Assembly (NCBI GenBank): GCA_027065215.1
Contig: JAMOOT010000259.1
Span: 1 to 33,943, forward strand
Length of the DNA stretch: 33,943 nucleotides
From: Candidatus Omnitrophota bacterium
Lineage (GTDB): Bacteria; Omnitrophota; Gorgyraeia; S143-82
Reading direction: 5' to 3'
The notes beneath the pieces were generated by a model. That model ran no database searches. It saw only the letters and a list, made by a program, of their open reading frames with translations, and had not been told where the DNA came from. A program made the position numbers and the translations under genes. Of this stretch, positions 25,270 through 33,943 are shown one piece after another (position 1 is the first letter of the stretch; every line of letters begins with the position of its first letter).

Positions 25270-26234
25270 TGCGTCGAGTAATAAAGTTTTCCACAATAGA
25301 AGAGGCGTATTTTTTTTCTGGGAGGCAAGATGAAAATATACGGACGTTGGAGGAATTATTAGGGGTTCGAATTACGATAAGGGGGCAAGAAGTTATCATA
25401 GAGATAAAAGATAAGGATGCAGATTTGGTTAACAAGGTAATCGATTTAATGTTGTCTCGAGTCTCTCAGGGTGAACACTTAACCCGGGAAGATGTTGTTT
25501 ATCTTATTAGGGATGTTAAGGCCGAGCCTGAAATTTCTACTGTGGATTTTAAGTCTGAACGGATTCGAGTGGCAAAACGGGGTATGCCGACAATTATGCC
25601 AAAGACAACTGGCCAGAGGCGGTATGTTGCTGCTATACGAAAGTATGATTTGGTGTTTGGATTGGGGCCAGCGGGAACAGGGAAGACCTATCTGGCTATG
25701 GCAATGGCCGTAGAATCGCTTATGAATAAATCAGTTCGAAGGCTTATCCTTACCCGGCCAGCGGTTGAGGCAGGGGAACGGTTGGGTTTTTTGCCTGGTT
25801 CCCTTGAAGAAAAAATGAACCCGTATTTAAGGCCTCTCTATGACGCCCTTTATGATATGATGGAGCCTGAGGATATAGAGGAGTGTATTGATACTGGAGT
25901 GATAGAGGTAGCGCCTCTTGCCTTTATGCGAGGTCGGACACTTAACAATGCCTTTATTATATTGGATGAGGCCCAGAATTGTACCCCTGAACAGATGAAG
26001 ATGTTCCTAACCCGTCTTGGGTTTGGTTCTAAGGCTGTAGTAACTGGAGACCTAACCCAAAGTGACCTAATTGGCGGTAAACCTATGGGATTATCTGAAG
26101 CGGTTCAGATATTGCAGGATGTTGGGGGAATAAAGTTTGTATACTTAACTGGCTCGGATGTGGTGAGACATGAATTGGTTCAGGCGATTATTGAAGCCTA
26201 CGCGCGGTATCAAAAGACGAAAGCAGGTGAATAA
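25266..26234 (+). CDS. phoH: PhoH-family ATPase
   Basis: Walker A GPAGTGKTYLAMA, Walker B FIILDEAQN, TGDLTQ. The ATGA overlap with the LysM gene and the conserved phoH-HD-ybeY gene order support the call. Confidence 0.93.
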   Translation: MMRRVIKFSTIEEAYFFSGRQDENIRTLEELLGVRITIRGQEVIIEIKDKDADLVNKVIDLMLSRVSQGEHLTREDVVYLIRDVKAEPEISTVDFKSERIRVAKRGMPTIMPKTTGQRRYVAAIRKYDLVFGLGPAGTGKTYLAMAMAVESLMNKSVRRLILTRPAVEAGERLGFLPGSLEEKMNPYLRPLYDALYDMMEPEDIEECIDTGVIEVAPLAFMRGRTLNNAFIILDEAQNCTPEQMKMFLTRLGFGSKAVVTGDLTQSDLIGGKPMGLSEAVQILQDVGGIKFVYLTGSDVVRHELVQAIIEAYARYQKTKAGE

Positions 26235-27627
26235 GACCGTCCAACGACCGGGTTGGGTTTATATATTAGAGGTCGTTGTGGTCTTTCTCTTGGTGGAGGC
26301 GGTCTTATTTACGGCAAAAGTGAGTCCTTTGGTTTCTGTTTTTTATTTACTTATCGTTATTTATCTCAAAATCTTACGTGGTAAACGTCGATTGGATATG
26401 CGGTCTTTTCTTTCTCTTTCCCTTCTATTTTTGATTTATGTCCCTATGTGCAGGTTTATTATCAGTCAAGGATGGTCGCCGTATTATGTGCCAGTTCCGG
26501 CTGCTGCTATGGTGGTTATGCTTAATTACAGGGATTTAGAGTTAGTTTTTGTCTTTGCTATGTTGGTGAGTTTTTTGTCCGCAGAGATGTTTGGGGGAAA
26601 TCTCTATTATTTTTGGATTGTCTTTTTGTCATCTGTGGTTGGGGCATTGATGGCACGGAACGTCAGACACCGTAAACATATTTTTCAGGCCGGGGTTGCG
26701 GTAAGCGTTTCAATGGCAATCTTATACCTCCTTTATGTGTATGCCAGCGGGGGCAATATTGTGCGGGGGAATTTAATTGCGGTATTTGTAAATGGTGTCC
26801 TTTCATTTGCTATTACGTTTGTAGGGGTGCCTTTATTTGAGGTGATGTTTGGAACCCTCACTAATATAAGTTTGCTGGAATGGGCAGATACTCAACAACC
26901 ACTTCTTCGCAAATTGATTATGGAGGCACCGGGCACTTATCACCATTCATTGGTGGTAGGGAATCTGGCTGAAGCGGCAGCAGAAGAGGTGGGAGCAAAC
27001 TCGCTATTGGCCAGAGTAGGTGCGTACTACCACGATATAGGAAAAATCCCTCGGGCCGAATATTTTGTTGAGAACCAGGCGAAAGGTCAGAATTCTCATG
27101 AGAAATTGTCGCCCTCAATGAGTAAATTGATATTGATGAACCATGTAAAAGAGGGGTTAGATTTGGCCAGAAAATATCATCTCCCAAAACAGATTACCGA
27201 TTTTATCGCCCAGCACCATGGGACCAGTTTGGCTTATTATTTCTATCAGAAGGCCATCGATGAGGGTAAACAAGATATTCGAGAGGAGGATTTCCGTTAT
27301 CCTGGCCCAAAACCGCAGACTAAGGAGACCGCCATTGTGTTGTTGGCTGATACAGTAGAGGCTGCGGTTAGGAGTTTGCCGGACCCAAACCCGGACAAAA
27401 TTGCCTTGACTGTAAAAAAAGTAATAGATGCAAAGGTGATTGATGGCCAATTAGATGAGTGTGACTTGACCTTCCGAGACCTGGATAAGATAGCCCGTAT
27501 ATTCACCAAGGTGTTAAGTAGTATGTACCACCAACGGATAACCTATCCAGATTCCAAGAATAAGAATGGAAAAGAGAAAAATGGCAAATCGGGAAAAAAC
27601 GGCTTATCTAAGTCCCAGAAGGATTAA
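26170..27627 (+). CDS. 7TM-HD membrane phosphohydrolase (PgpH/YqfF-like), short form
   Basis: About 7 hydrophobic helices, then an HD domain (YHHSLVVGNLAE...GAYYHDIGK...QHHGT). The start is uncertain: ATG 26170 (65-nt overlap with phoH) or GTG 26227 (8-nt overlap). Lys/Gly/Asn-rich tail KNKNGKEKNGKSGKNG. Confidence 0.85.
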   Translation: MNWFRRLLKPTRGIKRRKQVNKTVQRPGWVYILEVVVVFLLVEAVLFTAKVSPLVSVFYLLIVIYLKILRGKRRLDMRSFLSLSLLFLIYVPMCRFIISQGWSPYYVPVPAAAMVVMLNYRDLELVFVFAMLVSFLSAEMFGGNLYYFWIVFLSSVVGALMARNVRHRKHIFQAGVAVSVSMAILYLLYVYASGGNIVRGNLIAVFVNGVLSFAITFVGVPLFEVMFGTLTNISLLEWADTQQPLLRKLIMEAPGTYHHSLVVGNLAEAAAEEVGANSLLARVGAYYHDIGKIPRAEYFVENQAKGQNSHEKLSPSMSKLILMNHVKEGLDLARKYHLPKQITDFIAQHHGTSLAYYFYQKAIDEGKQDIREEDFRYPGPKPQTKETAIVLLADTVEAAVRSLPDPNPDKIALTVKKVIDAKVIDGQLDECDLTFRDLDKIARIFTKVLSSMYHQRITYPDSKNKNGKEKNGKSGKNGLSKSQKD

Positions 27628-28048
27628 GATAGTAAGTCGGATAGACCTTCCGATAGACAGGCATGAAATTCGCAAGTTGGTTAAAGAGGTTTTATCTTTA
27701 ATGGGAATACTACGATGGAATCTGATATTTTACTTTTTAGACGATAAAGGAATTATTGAAGCGAATAAGGTAGTATTTTCCCATAATTATCCTACAGATG
27801 TCATATCTGTGCCTATTGAACAAGATCCGTTAGAAGGGGAGGTTTTGTTGGGGATAGATGAGATAAAGAGAAATAGCGAAGAATATTCTACTGATTTTGT
27901 CTGGGAGATAAAGTTTTGTTTGTTACACGGCCTACTTCACCTCCTTGGTTGGCAAGATGATACAGACGAGGAGAGAAAAAAGATGTTAGAGTTTCAAACG
28001 AAGATCTTGAACCACTATGAATCCGGATTACCTCTTAAGCAACTATAA
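27566..28048 (+). CDS. ybeY: rRNA maturation endoribonuclease YbeY
   Basis: Metal-binding motif HGLLHLLGWQD, plus YPTDVISVP. The start is ATG 27566 or ATG 27581; both overlap the upstream gene. Confidence 0.85.
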   Translation: MEKRKMANREKTAYLSPRRIKIVSRIDLPIDRHEIRKLVKEVLSLMGILRWNLIFYFLDDKGIIEANKVVFSHNYPTDVISVPIEQDPLEGEVLLGIDEIKRNSEEYSTDFVWEIKFCLLHGLLHLLGWQDDTDEERKKMLEFQTKILNHYESGLPLKQL

Positions 28049-29042
28049 TTACAACCTTCCTGAATCCCTTATTGCCTATGAACGGGGAGATGGACCGTCA
28101 GATAGGATGTTGGTATTAGATAGGGGTAGGAATGAGATAACACACTGTCAGGTAAAAGATATATTGAGTTTTATTAATAAAAATGTGTTGGTTGTGTTTA
28201 ACGATACAAAGGTAATTCCTGCCCGTCTTCTGGGCGTAAAGGATAGGACTGGTGGAAAAGTAGATGCAGTTCTGTTGGGTACGGAAGATGGTATTAGGTG
28301 GCGCGCATTGATAAAGCCAAGACAGAGATTAAAAGAAGGGCAGAGGATAATCTTTGAAGGAGTTTTGTCAGCGGTATACATAGGGGGGAATGAACTTGAG
28401 TTTGAGAAGGAAGTTGATATTTCTCTTTTAGAGAAGATAGGACGAATGCCACTCCCTCCTTATATAAAACGTACACCAAGGGAAGATGATAGACTCAGAT
28501 ATCAGACGGTTTATGCCCAACATTATGGGGCTATTGCCTCGCCAACTGCAGGCCTTCACTTTGACAAGTCTTTATTATATGAAATAGAAAAAGTAAGCGC
28601 GGGGGTAGAATTTGTGACATTACATGTAGGTTATGGCACCTTTGCCCCAATAAAGGTAGAAGATATACGAGAACATCGTATGCATAAAGAATGGATATCT
28701 GTTAAGGCAGAGACCATAAAGAAGATACATATGGCCAAAACGTCAGGGAAAGAGGTATTAGCCATAGGGACTACCGTAGTAAGGACACTTGAGGCCATAG
28801 GCTATGAGGTATTATCTCCTTCAGGGAAGGATATAGGATTGTGGACGGACTTGTTTATATATCCGGGATTTGAGTTTAAGGTGGTTGACCATATCTTTAC
28901 TAATTTTCACTTACCTAAGAGTTCTTTGTTAGTATTAGTGAGTGCCTTTGTAGGGCGAGAACGCCTCTTATGGGCTTATAGAGAGGCTGTAAGCAAGGAG
29001 TATAGGTTTTTTTCTTATGGTGATGCAATGTTAATCTGGTGA
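28017..29042 (+). CDS. queA: S-adenosylmethionine:tRNA ribosyltransferase-isomerase
   Basis: YNYNLPESLIA N-terminus, PLPPYIKR, YQTVYA, ASPTAGLHF, GTTVVRTLE, FFSYGDAMLI. Confidence 0.95.
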   Translation: MNPDYLLSNYNYNLPESLIAYERGDGPSDRMLVLDRGRNEITHCQVKDILSFINKNVLVVFNDTKVIPARLLGVKDRTGGKVDAVLLGTEDGIRWRALIKPRQRLKEGQRIIFEGVLSAVYIGGNELEFEKEVDISLLEKIGRMPLPPYIKRTPREDDRLRYQTVYAQHYGAIASPTAGLHFDKSLLYEIEKVSAGVEFVTLHVGYGTFAPIKVEDIREHRMHKEWISVKAETIKKIHMAKTSGKEVLAIGTTVVRTLEAIGYEVLSPSGKDIGLWTDLFIYPGFEFKVVDHIFTNFHLPKSSLLVLVSAFVGRERLLWAYREAVSKEYRFFSYGDAMLIW

Positions 29043-29050
29043 GGTGTAAG

Positions 29051-29926
29051 ATGATAGGTGTAACCATAGGTGATATTCAAGGAATAGGGCCAGAGGTTGT
29101 AGGTAAGGCATTGGCCTCTTTAGAGAAGTCGAAGCGGGAGGAGATAATCGTGATAGGCTATTTGCCAGTTATGTTTAAATATGTTAATGAAAAGGAATTA
29201 GAAGGAGTTAATTTTATAGATACCGGGGAGGGAGAAGAGTCCTTTTCTGGCCTTTTAGCGATAGAGAGGGCAATTGAAATAGCAAAGGCAGGTAAAATTA
29301 AAGGAATCTGTACAGCCCCTGTAAACAAGGCACGGGTATCTAACATAGTGCCATTTGTTGGGCATACTGAATTTTTGCGTGATAGATTCGGGGTTGATAG
29401 AGTGGAGATGATATTTTTGAGTAGGTATTTTAACATAATATTGGCTACGAGACATCTGCCTGTTAAAGAGATTTCAAAGGAAATAACCTTATCACGGATG
29501 CGCGAGGTAATAGATACATCATGGGAATTTACACAGGTAATAAAGAAAGAATTGCCAATTGGGATTTGTGGACTAAATCCTCATGCCGGTGAAACTGGAA
29601 AGATTGGGAGAGAAGAGGTAGATGTGATTATTCCTGCAGTTCAAGAGGCAAGGGATAGAGGAGTAAATATAATTGGCCCGCTCCCTGCAGATACAATCTT
29701 CCGAAAAGGAGAGCATTTTTCTATAATTATAACAATGTATCACGATCAAGGACTTCCGGTTTTGAAACGAATAGACCCAAATTGTGTAAACCTTACCTGG
29801 GGACTTCCTGTGATGCGCACATCACCCCCGCACGGCACAGCTTACGATATCGCTGGCAAAGGCATAGCCGATCATAATCCTATGAAAGAGGCAATATTAT
29901 CATTATTTCGCTTTTCCGTGCTGTAG
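29051..29926 (+). CDS. pdxA: 4-hydroxythreonine-4-phosphate dehydrogenase
   Basis: MIGVTIGDIQGIGPEV, GHTEFL, GLNPHAGE, YHDQG, TSPPHGTAYDIAGKG. ATG 29051 is preferred; GTG 29039, overlapping the queA stop, is the alternative. Confidence 0.9.
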   Translation: MIGVTIGDIQGIGPEVVGKALASLEKSKREEIIVIGYLPVMFKYVNEKELEGVNFIDTGEGEESFSGLLAIERAIEIAKAGKIKGICTAPVNKARVSNIVPFVGHTEFLRDRFGVDRVEMIFLSRYFNIILATRHLPVKEISKEITLSRMREVIDTSWEFTQVIKKELPIGICGLNPHAGETGKIGREEVDVIIPAVQEARDRGVNIIGPLPADTIFRKGEHFSIIITMYHDQGLPVLKRIDPNCVNLTWGLPVMRTSPPHGTAYDIAGKGIADHNPMKEAILSLFRFSVL

Positions 29927-30056
29927 TGAAGAGATCCTTTTGTCTAAATTTGTCTCATTTGGAATTATCCAGAATGATTTTGTCCCATTTTTTCAGTTAT
30001 GTCATCTGCCTTATAGTTTAGGGAGGCAATTGAAGACCTTATGGAATAATTTTATT

Positions 30057-30084
30057 TTGCAATATTTGAAGTTTCTTGTAGAAT
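30057..30084 (+). promoter_or_regulatory. candidate sigma70-type promoter for gltB
   Basis: -35 TTGCAA (30057-30062), 16-nt spacer, -10 TAGAAT (30079-30084), in the 183-nt gap between pdxA and gltB. Confidence 0.35.
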
Positions 30085-30109
30085 GATTAGATTTTAAGTG
30101 CTGGTATAA

Positions 30110-33100
30110 ATGGAGGATGGGATGGATTACTCTTCTCTTCGTTCAGTTGGTTTGTATGAGCCCAGGTTTGAACACGATGCCTGTGGAGTGGGTTTCCTTT
30201 GTGATGTAAAAGGGAATCGGTCTAATAAATTGGTTCAAGATGCCCTTACTGTTTTAAAACGTTTGGCCCATCGAGGGGCGGTTGGGGCTGATCCTAAGAC
30301 AGGGGATGGGGCAGGGATCCTCATTCAGATCCCTCATGAGTTTTTCTTGGAGATTTCTGACTCCATAGGGATCGATCTCCCGAATTTGGGTTACTATGGT
30401 ACAGGTATGGTTTTTCTTCCAAGAAAGAGAGAGGAGAGAGAATACTGTAAGGCTGTGTTCTCAAAGGTGGTTGAAGAAGAGGGACAACATCTTTTGGGGT
30501 GGCGGGAGGTGCCGATAGATGACTCAGATATTGGGAAAGGTGCAAAAGAGGCTGAGCCGATAATAGAACAGGTCTTTATAAAGCGCGCAAAGGGGCTGAC
30601 AAATCAGGTAGATTTTGAACGTCGTCTTTATGTTATTCGTAAACGGGTAGAAAACACGGTTCGTGCTTCCGATATTAGCCAGAAGGGTTTTTTCTATATC
30701 ACAAATCTTTCTTCTCGCACGTTCGCATTTAAAGGGTTGTTAATGCCTCATCAAGTTGAGGATTTTTATGTAGATTTAAAGAATCCCAAGATCAAGAGTG
30801 CGATAGTATTGGTTCATTCTCGTTATAGTACTAATACATTTCCTACTTGGGATTTAGCCCAACCATTTAGGTTTCTTGCTCACAATGGGGAGATAAATAC
30901 CTTACGAGGAAATATTAATTGGATGCGAGCAAGGGAAGGTCTGCTTTCTTCTCCTCTTTTTGGGGATGCAATGGAATTGATAAAACCGATAATTGTTCCG
31001 GGAGGAAGTGATTCAGCCACTATTGATAATGTGTTTGAACTTTTGGTCTTGGCAGGCAAATCTTTGCCTGAGGCTATGCTGATGCTTGTCCCTGCGGCGT
31101 GGGAACAAGATAAATTGATGGATGAGAAGTTGCGCGATTTCTACAAATTCCACGCCTGTCTTATGGAGCCGTGGGATGGTCCGGCATCTATTGCCTTTAC
31201 CGATGGCAGAAGTGTTGGCGCTGTGCTGGATCGGAATGGATTGAGGCCAGCCAGGTATATCATTACCAAAGATGATTTTGTCGTTATGGCATCTGAGATG
31301 GGGGTTTTGGATATAGACCCGAGTAGAATAGCGGTCTCTGGTAGGCTTGAACCTGGTAAAATGTTTTATATTGATACAGAGGAGGGTAGAATAGTCCACG
31401 ATGAAGAGATAAAGGATAGGGTTTCTTCCCGTAGGCCTTATGGAGTATGGTTAAGACAATGGTTGGTTGATGTCAATGATCTTCCTACACCAAAGAAATT
31501 ACCTCCTAAAAGCGATAATCTCCTTAGAGATCTACAGGCCTTTGGGTATTCACGGGAAGATTTGAAGGTGTTAATCAAACCTATGGCTGAGACAGGTAAA
31601 GAACCGATTGGGTCTATGGGCAATGATACACCGCATGCGGTTCTGTCTAATCAGCCTAAATTGCTTTATGATTATTTTAAACAGTTATTTGCCCAGGTGA
31701 CCAATCCAGCCATTGACCCAATAAGGGAAGAGATAGTAATGTCCTTAGATAGTTTTATCGGTCCGCAGAAAAATATATTGGAGGAGACACCTGAGCACTG
31801 CCATAAACTTTATCTTAGAGAACCAATTCTTACCAATGAGATGTTGGAGAGGATTCGAGAGATAGATGAGAGAGGCTTTAAGTGCAAGAGGATTTCTGTG
31901 TTGTTTGATATTGAAGAAAGAGATAATTTCACGAAGGCGTTGGACCGAATATGTAGAGAAGTGGAGGATGCAATAGATGAGGGGTACTCATTTATTATTC
32001 TCTCGGACCGTGGAATATCCGAGAATAGGGCAGCACTTCCTATGCTCTTGGCAGTTGGAGCGGTACACCAGCATCTGGTTAGAAGGGCAAAGAGGACTCA
32101 GATAGGTGTTATAGTGGAAAGTGCTGAGCCAAGAGAGGTGCATCACTTTGCGCTTCTTTTTGGATATGGAGCGGATGCGATTAATCCTTATCTTGCCTAT
32201 GAAACGGTGGAGTACCTTTGGAGAGAAGGCCTATTAGATGTCGGCTCTCTTGAAGAGGGAATTGAGAATTATCGTAAGGCTGTAGATAAAGGGATATTGA
32301 AGATTTTGTCTAAGATGGGGATTTCTACTCTTCGGAGTTATCGAGGAGCGCAGATATTTGAAGCCTTAGGGATTCATGAGGAGGTAATTGAAAGGTGTTT
32401 TACTGGGACGCCCTCTCGTATAGGTGGAGTTGATTTTGATATTATAAGAGAGGAGACAGTTCGTCGGCATAGGATAGCATTTCCAGAAGAAAAGAGGGAG
32501 ATTCATATACCATATCTCGTAACAGGTGGGATTTATCAGTGGAAGAAGGATGGTGAGTTTCATTTGTGGAATCCTGCTACTATTGCTTCCCTACAGGATG
32601 CAGTGCGTAAAAATGATTATGGCCGGTACAAAGAGTTTGCCGGGATGATAAACGATCAGTCTAAACAGCCCACAACTCTTCGAAGTTTGTTGAAGTTTAA
32701 GAAAACGAATCCTATTCCAATAGAGGAGGTAGAGTCAGTAGAAAATATCTTGACCCGTTTTGTTACTGGGGCTATGAGTTTTGGTTCTATCAGCCGAGGT
32801 GCCCACGAATCACTTGCTATTGCTATGAATCGAATTGGAGGCAAGTCTAATACAGGTGAAGGGGGAGAAGATCCAAGGAGGTTTTTGCCTTTGCCAAATG
32901 GTGATTCTACCCGTAGCGCGATAAAACAGGTTGCATCAGGTAGGTTTGGGGTTACCACAAATTATTTGGTGAACAGCGATGAGATACAGATAAAGATTGC
33001 TCAGGGGGCAAAACCGGGTGAAGGAGGGCAGTTGCCGGGCCATAAGGTAAGTGTAATAATTGCTCGGACTCGTTATACTACACCGGGTGTGACGCTTATC

Positions 33101-33943
33101 TCCCCGCCGCCCCACCATGATATATACTCTATTGAGGATCTGGCTCAGTTGATATTTGACTTGAAGAATGTCAATCCCTCCTCTCGGGTGAGTGTCAAGT
33201 TAGTCTCTGAAGTTGGAGTAGGGACGATTGCCGCAGGAGTGGCTAAGGGGCATGCGGATATGATTTTGATCTCTGGAGGGGATGGTGGGACAGGCGCTTC
33301 ACCCCTTAGTTCTATCAGACACGCTGGTCTCCCTTGGGAATTAGGGTTGTCTGAGACACATCAAACCTTAGTCCTTAATGACTTGAGGTCGCGTGTTAGA
33401 CTTCAAACCGATGGACAGATGCGTACTGGTAGGGATGTGGCGATTGCAACGATTTTGGGTGCAGAAGAATATGGTTTTTGCACAGCAGCTCTTATTGTTA
33501 TGGGATGTGTTATGTTGCGTCATTGCCATCTAAATAATTGTTCTGTAGGAGTGGCTACTCAGGATGAGATCTTACAGAAGCGTTTTAGGGGCCGACCAGA
33601 ATATCTGGTAAATTATCTTCGGTTTGTTGCGCAGGAGTTTAGGGAGATTATGGCACAATTGGGTGTTCGCACCGTTGATGAGTTGGTAGGCAGGACAGAC
33701 CTTTTGGAACTTGATACGGCTATATTACCGTGGAAGGCAAAGAAGATAGATTACTCGCGCATACTCTATAAGCCGAAGGTCCCTCCTACAGTTGGGATCT
33801 ATTGTCAGATACCCCAGGATCATGGGATCGATAGGGTTTTGGATAGAAAACTCATTGAGTTTGCTAAACCAGCATTGGATAAAGGAGAGAGGGTAAAGGC
33901 CGAATTTGAGATACGAAATACAGATCGTACAACGGGTGCAATG
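30110..33943 (+). CDS. gltB: glutamate synthase large subunit, 3'-truncated by the window end
   Basis: Missing from the ORF track because it has no stop inside the window. I translated the first ~1.3 kb continuously and spot-checked motifs further downstream, and 30110 to 33943 is exactly 1,278 codons. EHDACGVGF (Ntn Cys at codon 25), [22 protein letters not shown], and the FMN domain [12 protein letters not shown]. An in-frame TAA immediately precedes ATG 30110. ATG 30122, preceded by GGAGGA, is the alternative start. Confidence 0.95.
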   Translation, partial: MEDGMDYSSLRSVGLYEPRFEHDACGVGFLCDVKGNRSNKLVQDALTVLKRLAHRGAVGADPKTGDGAGILIQIPHEFFLEISDSIGIDLPNLGYYGTGMVFLPRKREEREYCKAVFSKVVEEEGQHLLGWREVPIDDSDIGKGAKEAEPIIEQVFIKRAKGLTNQVDFERRLYVIRKRVENTVRASDISQKGFFYITNLSSRTFAFKGLLMPHQVEDFYVDLKNPKIKSAIVLVHSRYSTNTFPTWDLAQPFRFLAHNGEINTLRGNINWMRAREGLLSSPLFGDAMELIKPIIVPGGSDSATIDNVFELLVLAGKSLPEAMLMLVPAAWEQDKLMDEKLRDFYKFHACLMEPWDGPASIAFTDGRSVGAVLDRNGLRPARYIITKDDFVVMASEMGVLDIDPSRIAVSGRLEPGKMFYIDTEEGRIVHDEEIKDRVSSRRPYGVWLRQWLVDVNDLPTPKKLPPKSDNLLRDLQAFGYSREDLKVLIKPMAETGKEPIGSMGNDTPHAVLSNQPKLLYDYFKQLFAQVTNPAIDPIREEIVMSLDSFIGPQKNILEETPEHCHKLYLREPILTNEMLERIREIDERGFKCKRISVLFDIEERDNFTKALDRICREVEDAIDEGYSFIILSDRGISENRAALPMLLAVGAVHQHLVRRAKRTQIGVIVESAEPREVHHFALLFGYGADAINPYLAYETVEYLWREGLLDVGSLEEGIENYRKAVDKGILKILSKMGISTLRSYRGAQIFEALGIHEEVIERCFTGTPSRIGGVDFDIIREETVRRHRIAFPEEKREIHIPYLVTGGIYQWKKDGEFHLWNPATIASLQDAVRKNDYGRYKEFAGMINDQSKQPTTLRSLLKFKKTNPIPIEEVESVENILTRFVTGAMSFGSISRGAHESLAIAMNRIGGKSNTGEGGEDPRRFLPLPNGDSTRSAIKQVASGRFGVTTNYLVNSDEIQIKIAQGAKPGEGGQLPGHKVSVIIARTRYTTPGVTLISPPPHHDIYSIEDLAQLIFDLKNVNPSSRVSVKLVSEVGVGTIAAGVAKGHADMILISGGDGGTGASPLSSIRHAGLPWELGLSETHQTLVLNDLRSRVRLQTDGQMRTGRDVAIATILGAEEYGFCTAALIVMGCVMLRHCHLNNCSVGVATQDEILQKRFRGRPEYLVNYLRFVAQEFREIMAQLGVRTVDELVGRTDLLELDTAILPWKAKKIDYSRILYKPKVPPTVGIYCQIPQDHGIDRVLDRKLIEFAKPALDKGERVKAEFEIRNTDRTTGAM

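Noticed and set aside
25492-25713. 73-aa alternate-frame + ORF inside phoH
   Set aside because: It overlaps the Walker A region of PhoH in another frame. It is Trp/Leu/Gly-rich nonsense with no independent support.
31013-33118. Minus-strand ORFs within gltB (31013..31399, 31438..31623, 32366..32563, 32656..32958, 32936..33118)
   Set aside because: The + strand frame from 30110 carries glutamate synthase motifs wherever I checked it, with no stop seen in the portion I translated. These are antisense artefacts.

Overview
33.9-kb bacterial window, moderate GC by eye. Every gene I can support lies on the + strand: 27 CDSs and one tRNA-Ser(GGA), tightly packed and often with overlapping stop/start codons. 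I found no transposase, integrase, CRISPR array or rRNA. Most of the window is housekeeping: PPi-type phosphofructokinase, class II FBP aldolase, ilvD, ilvC, glgC, a GNAT, gatB, an aminotransferase, a HAD hydrolase, an MFS transporter, an HI0933-type flavoprotein, aspS, a LysM lipoprotein, the phoH/7TM-HD/ybeY block, queA, pdxA, and gltB, which is truncated by the window end. The accessory-looking part is about 8.9-18.8 kb. It starts with two orphan V/A-ATPase stalk-subunit-like genes. A tight operon follows: LemA, LemA, TPM, a small unknown ORF, and a TPM-PDZ-PDZ protein; the two TPM proteins share an unnamed C-terminal domain. After a 322-nt spacer comes a 1,298-aa orphan envelope protein, the best candidate for something undescribed. 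It has an N-terminal signal-like segment, an internal TM helix, and a caspase-fold-like (clan CD) His-Gly...Cys signature near the C-terminus. Its nucleotide composition is mosaic: both ends are almost cytosine-free on the coding strand, and this continues past the stop codon, while the core is AT-rich. A second oddity is a bacterial-type AspRS that cleanly lacks the GAD insertion domain. All family calls come from motifs read by eye; no database search was possible, and the counts quoted are approximate hand counts.
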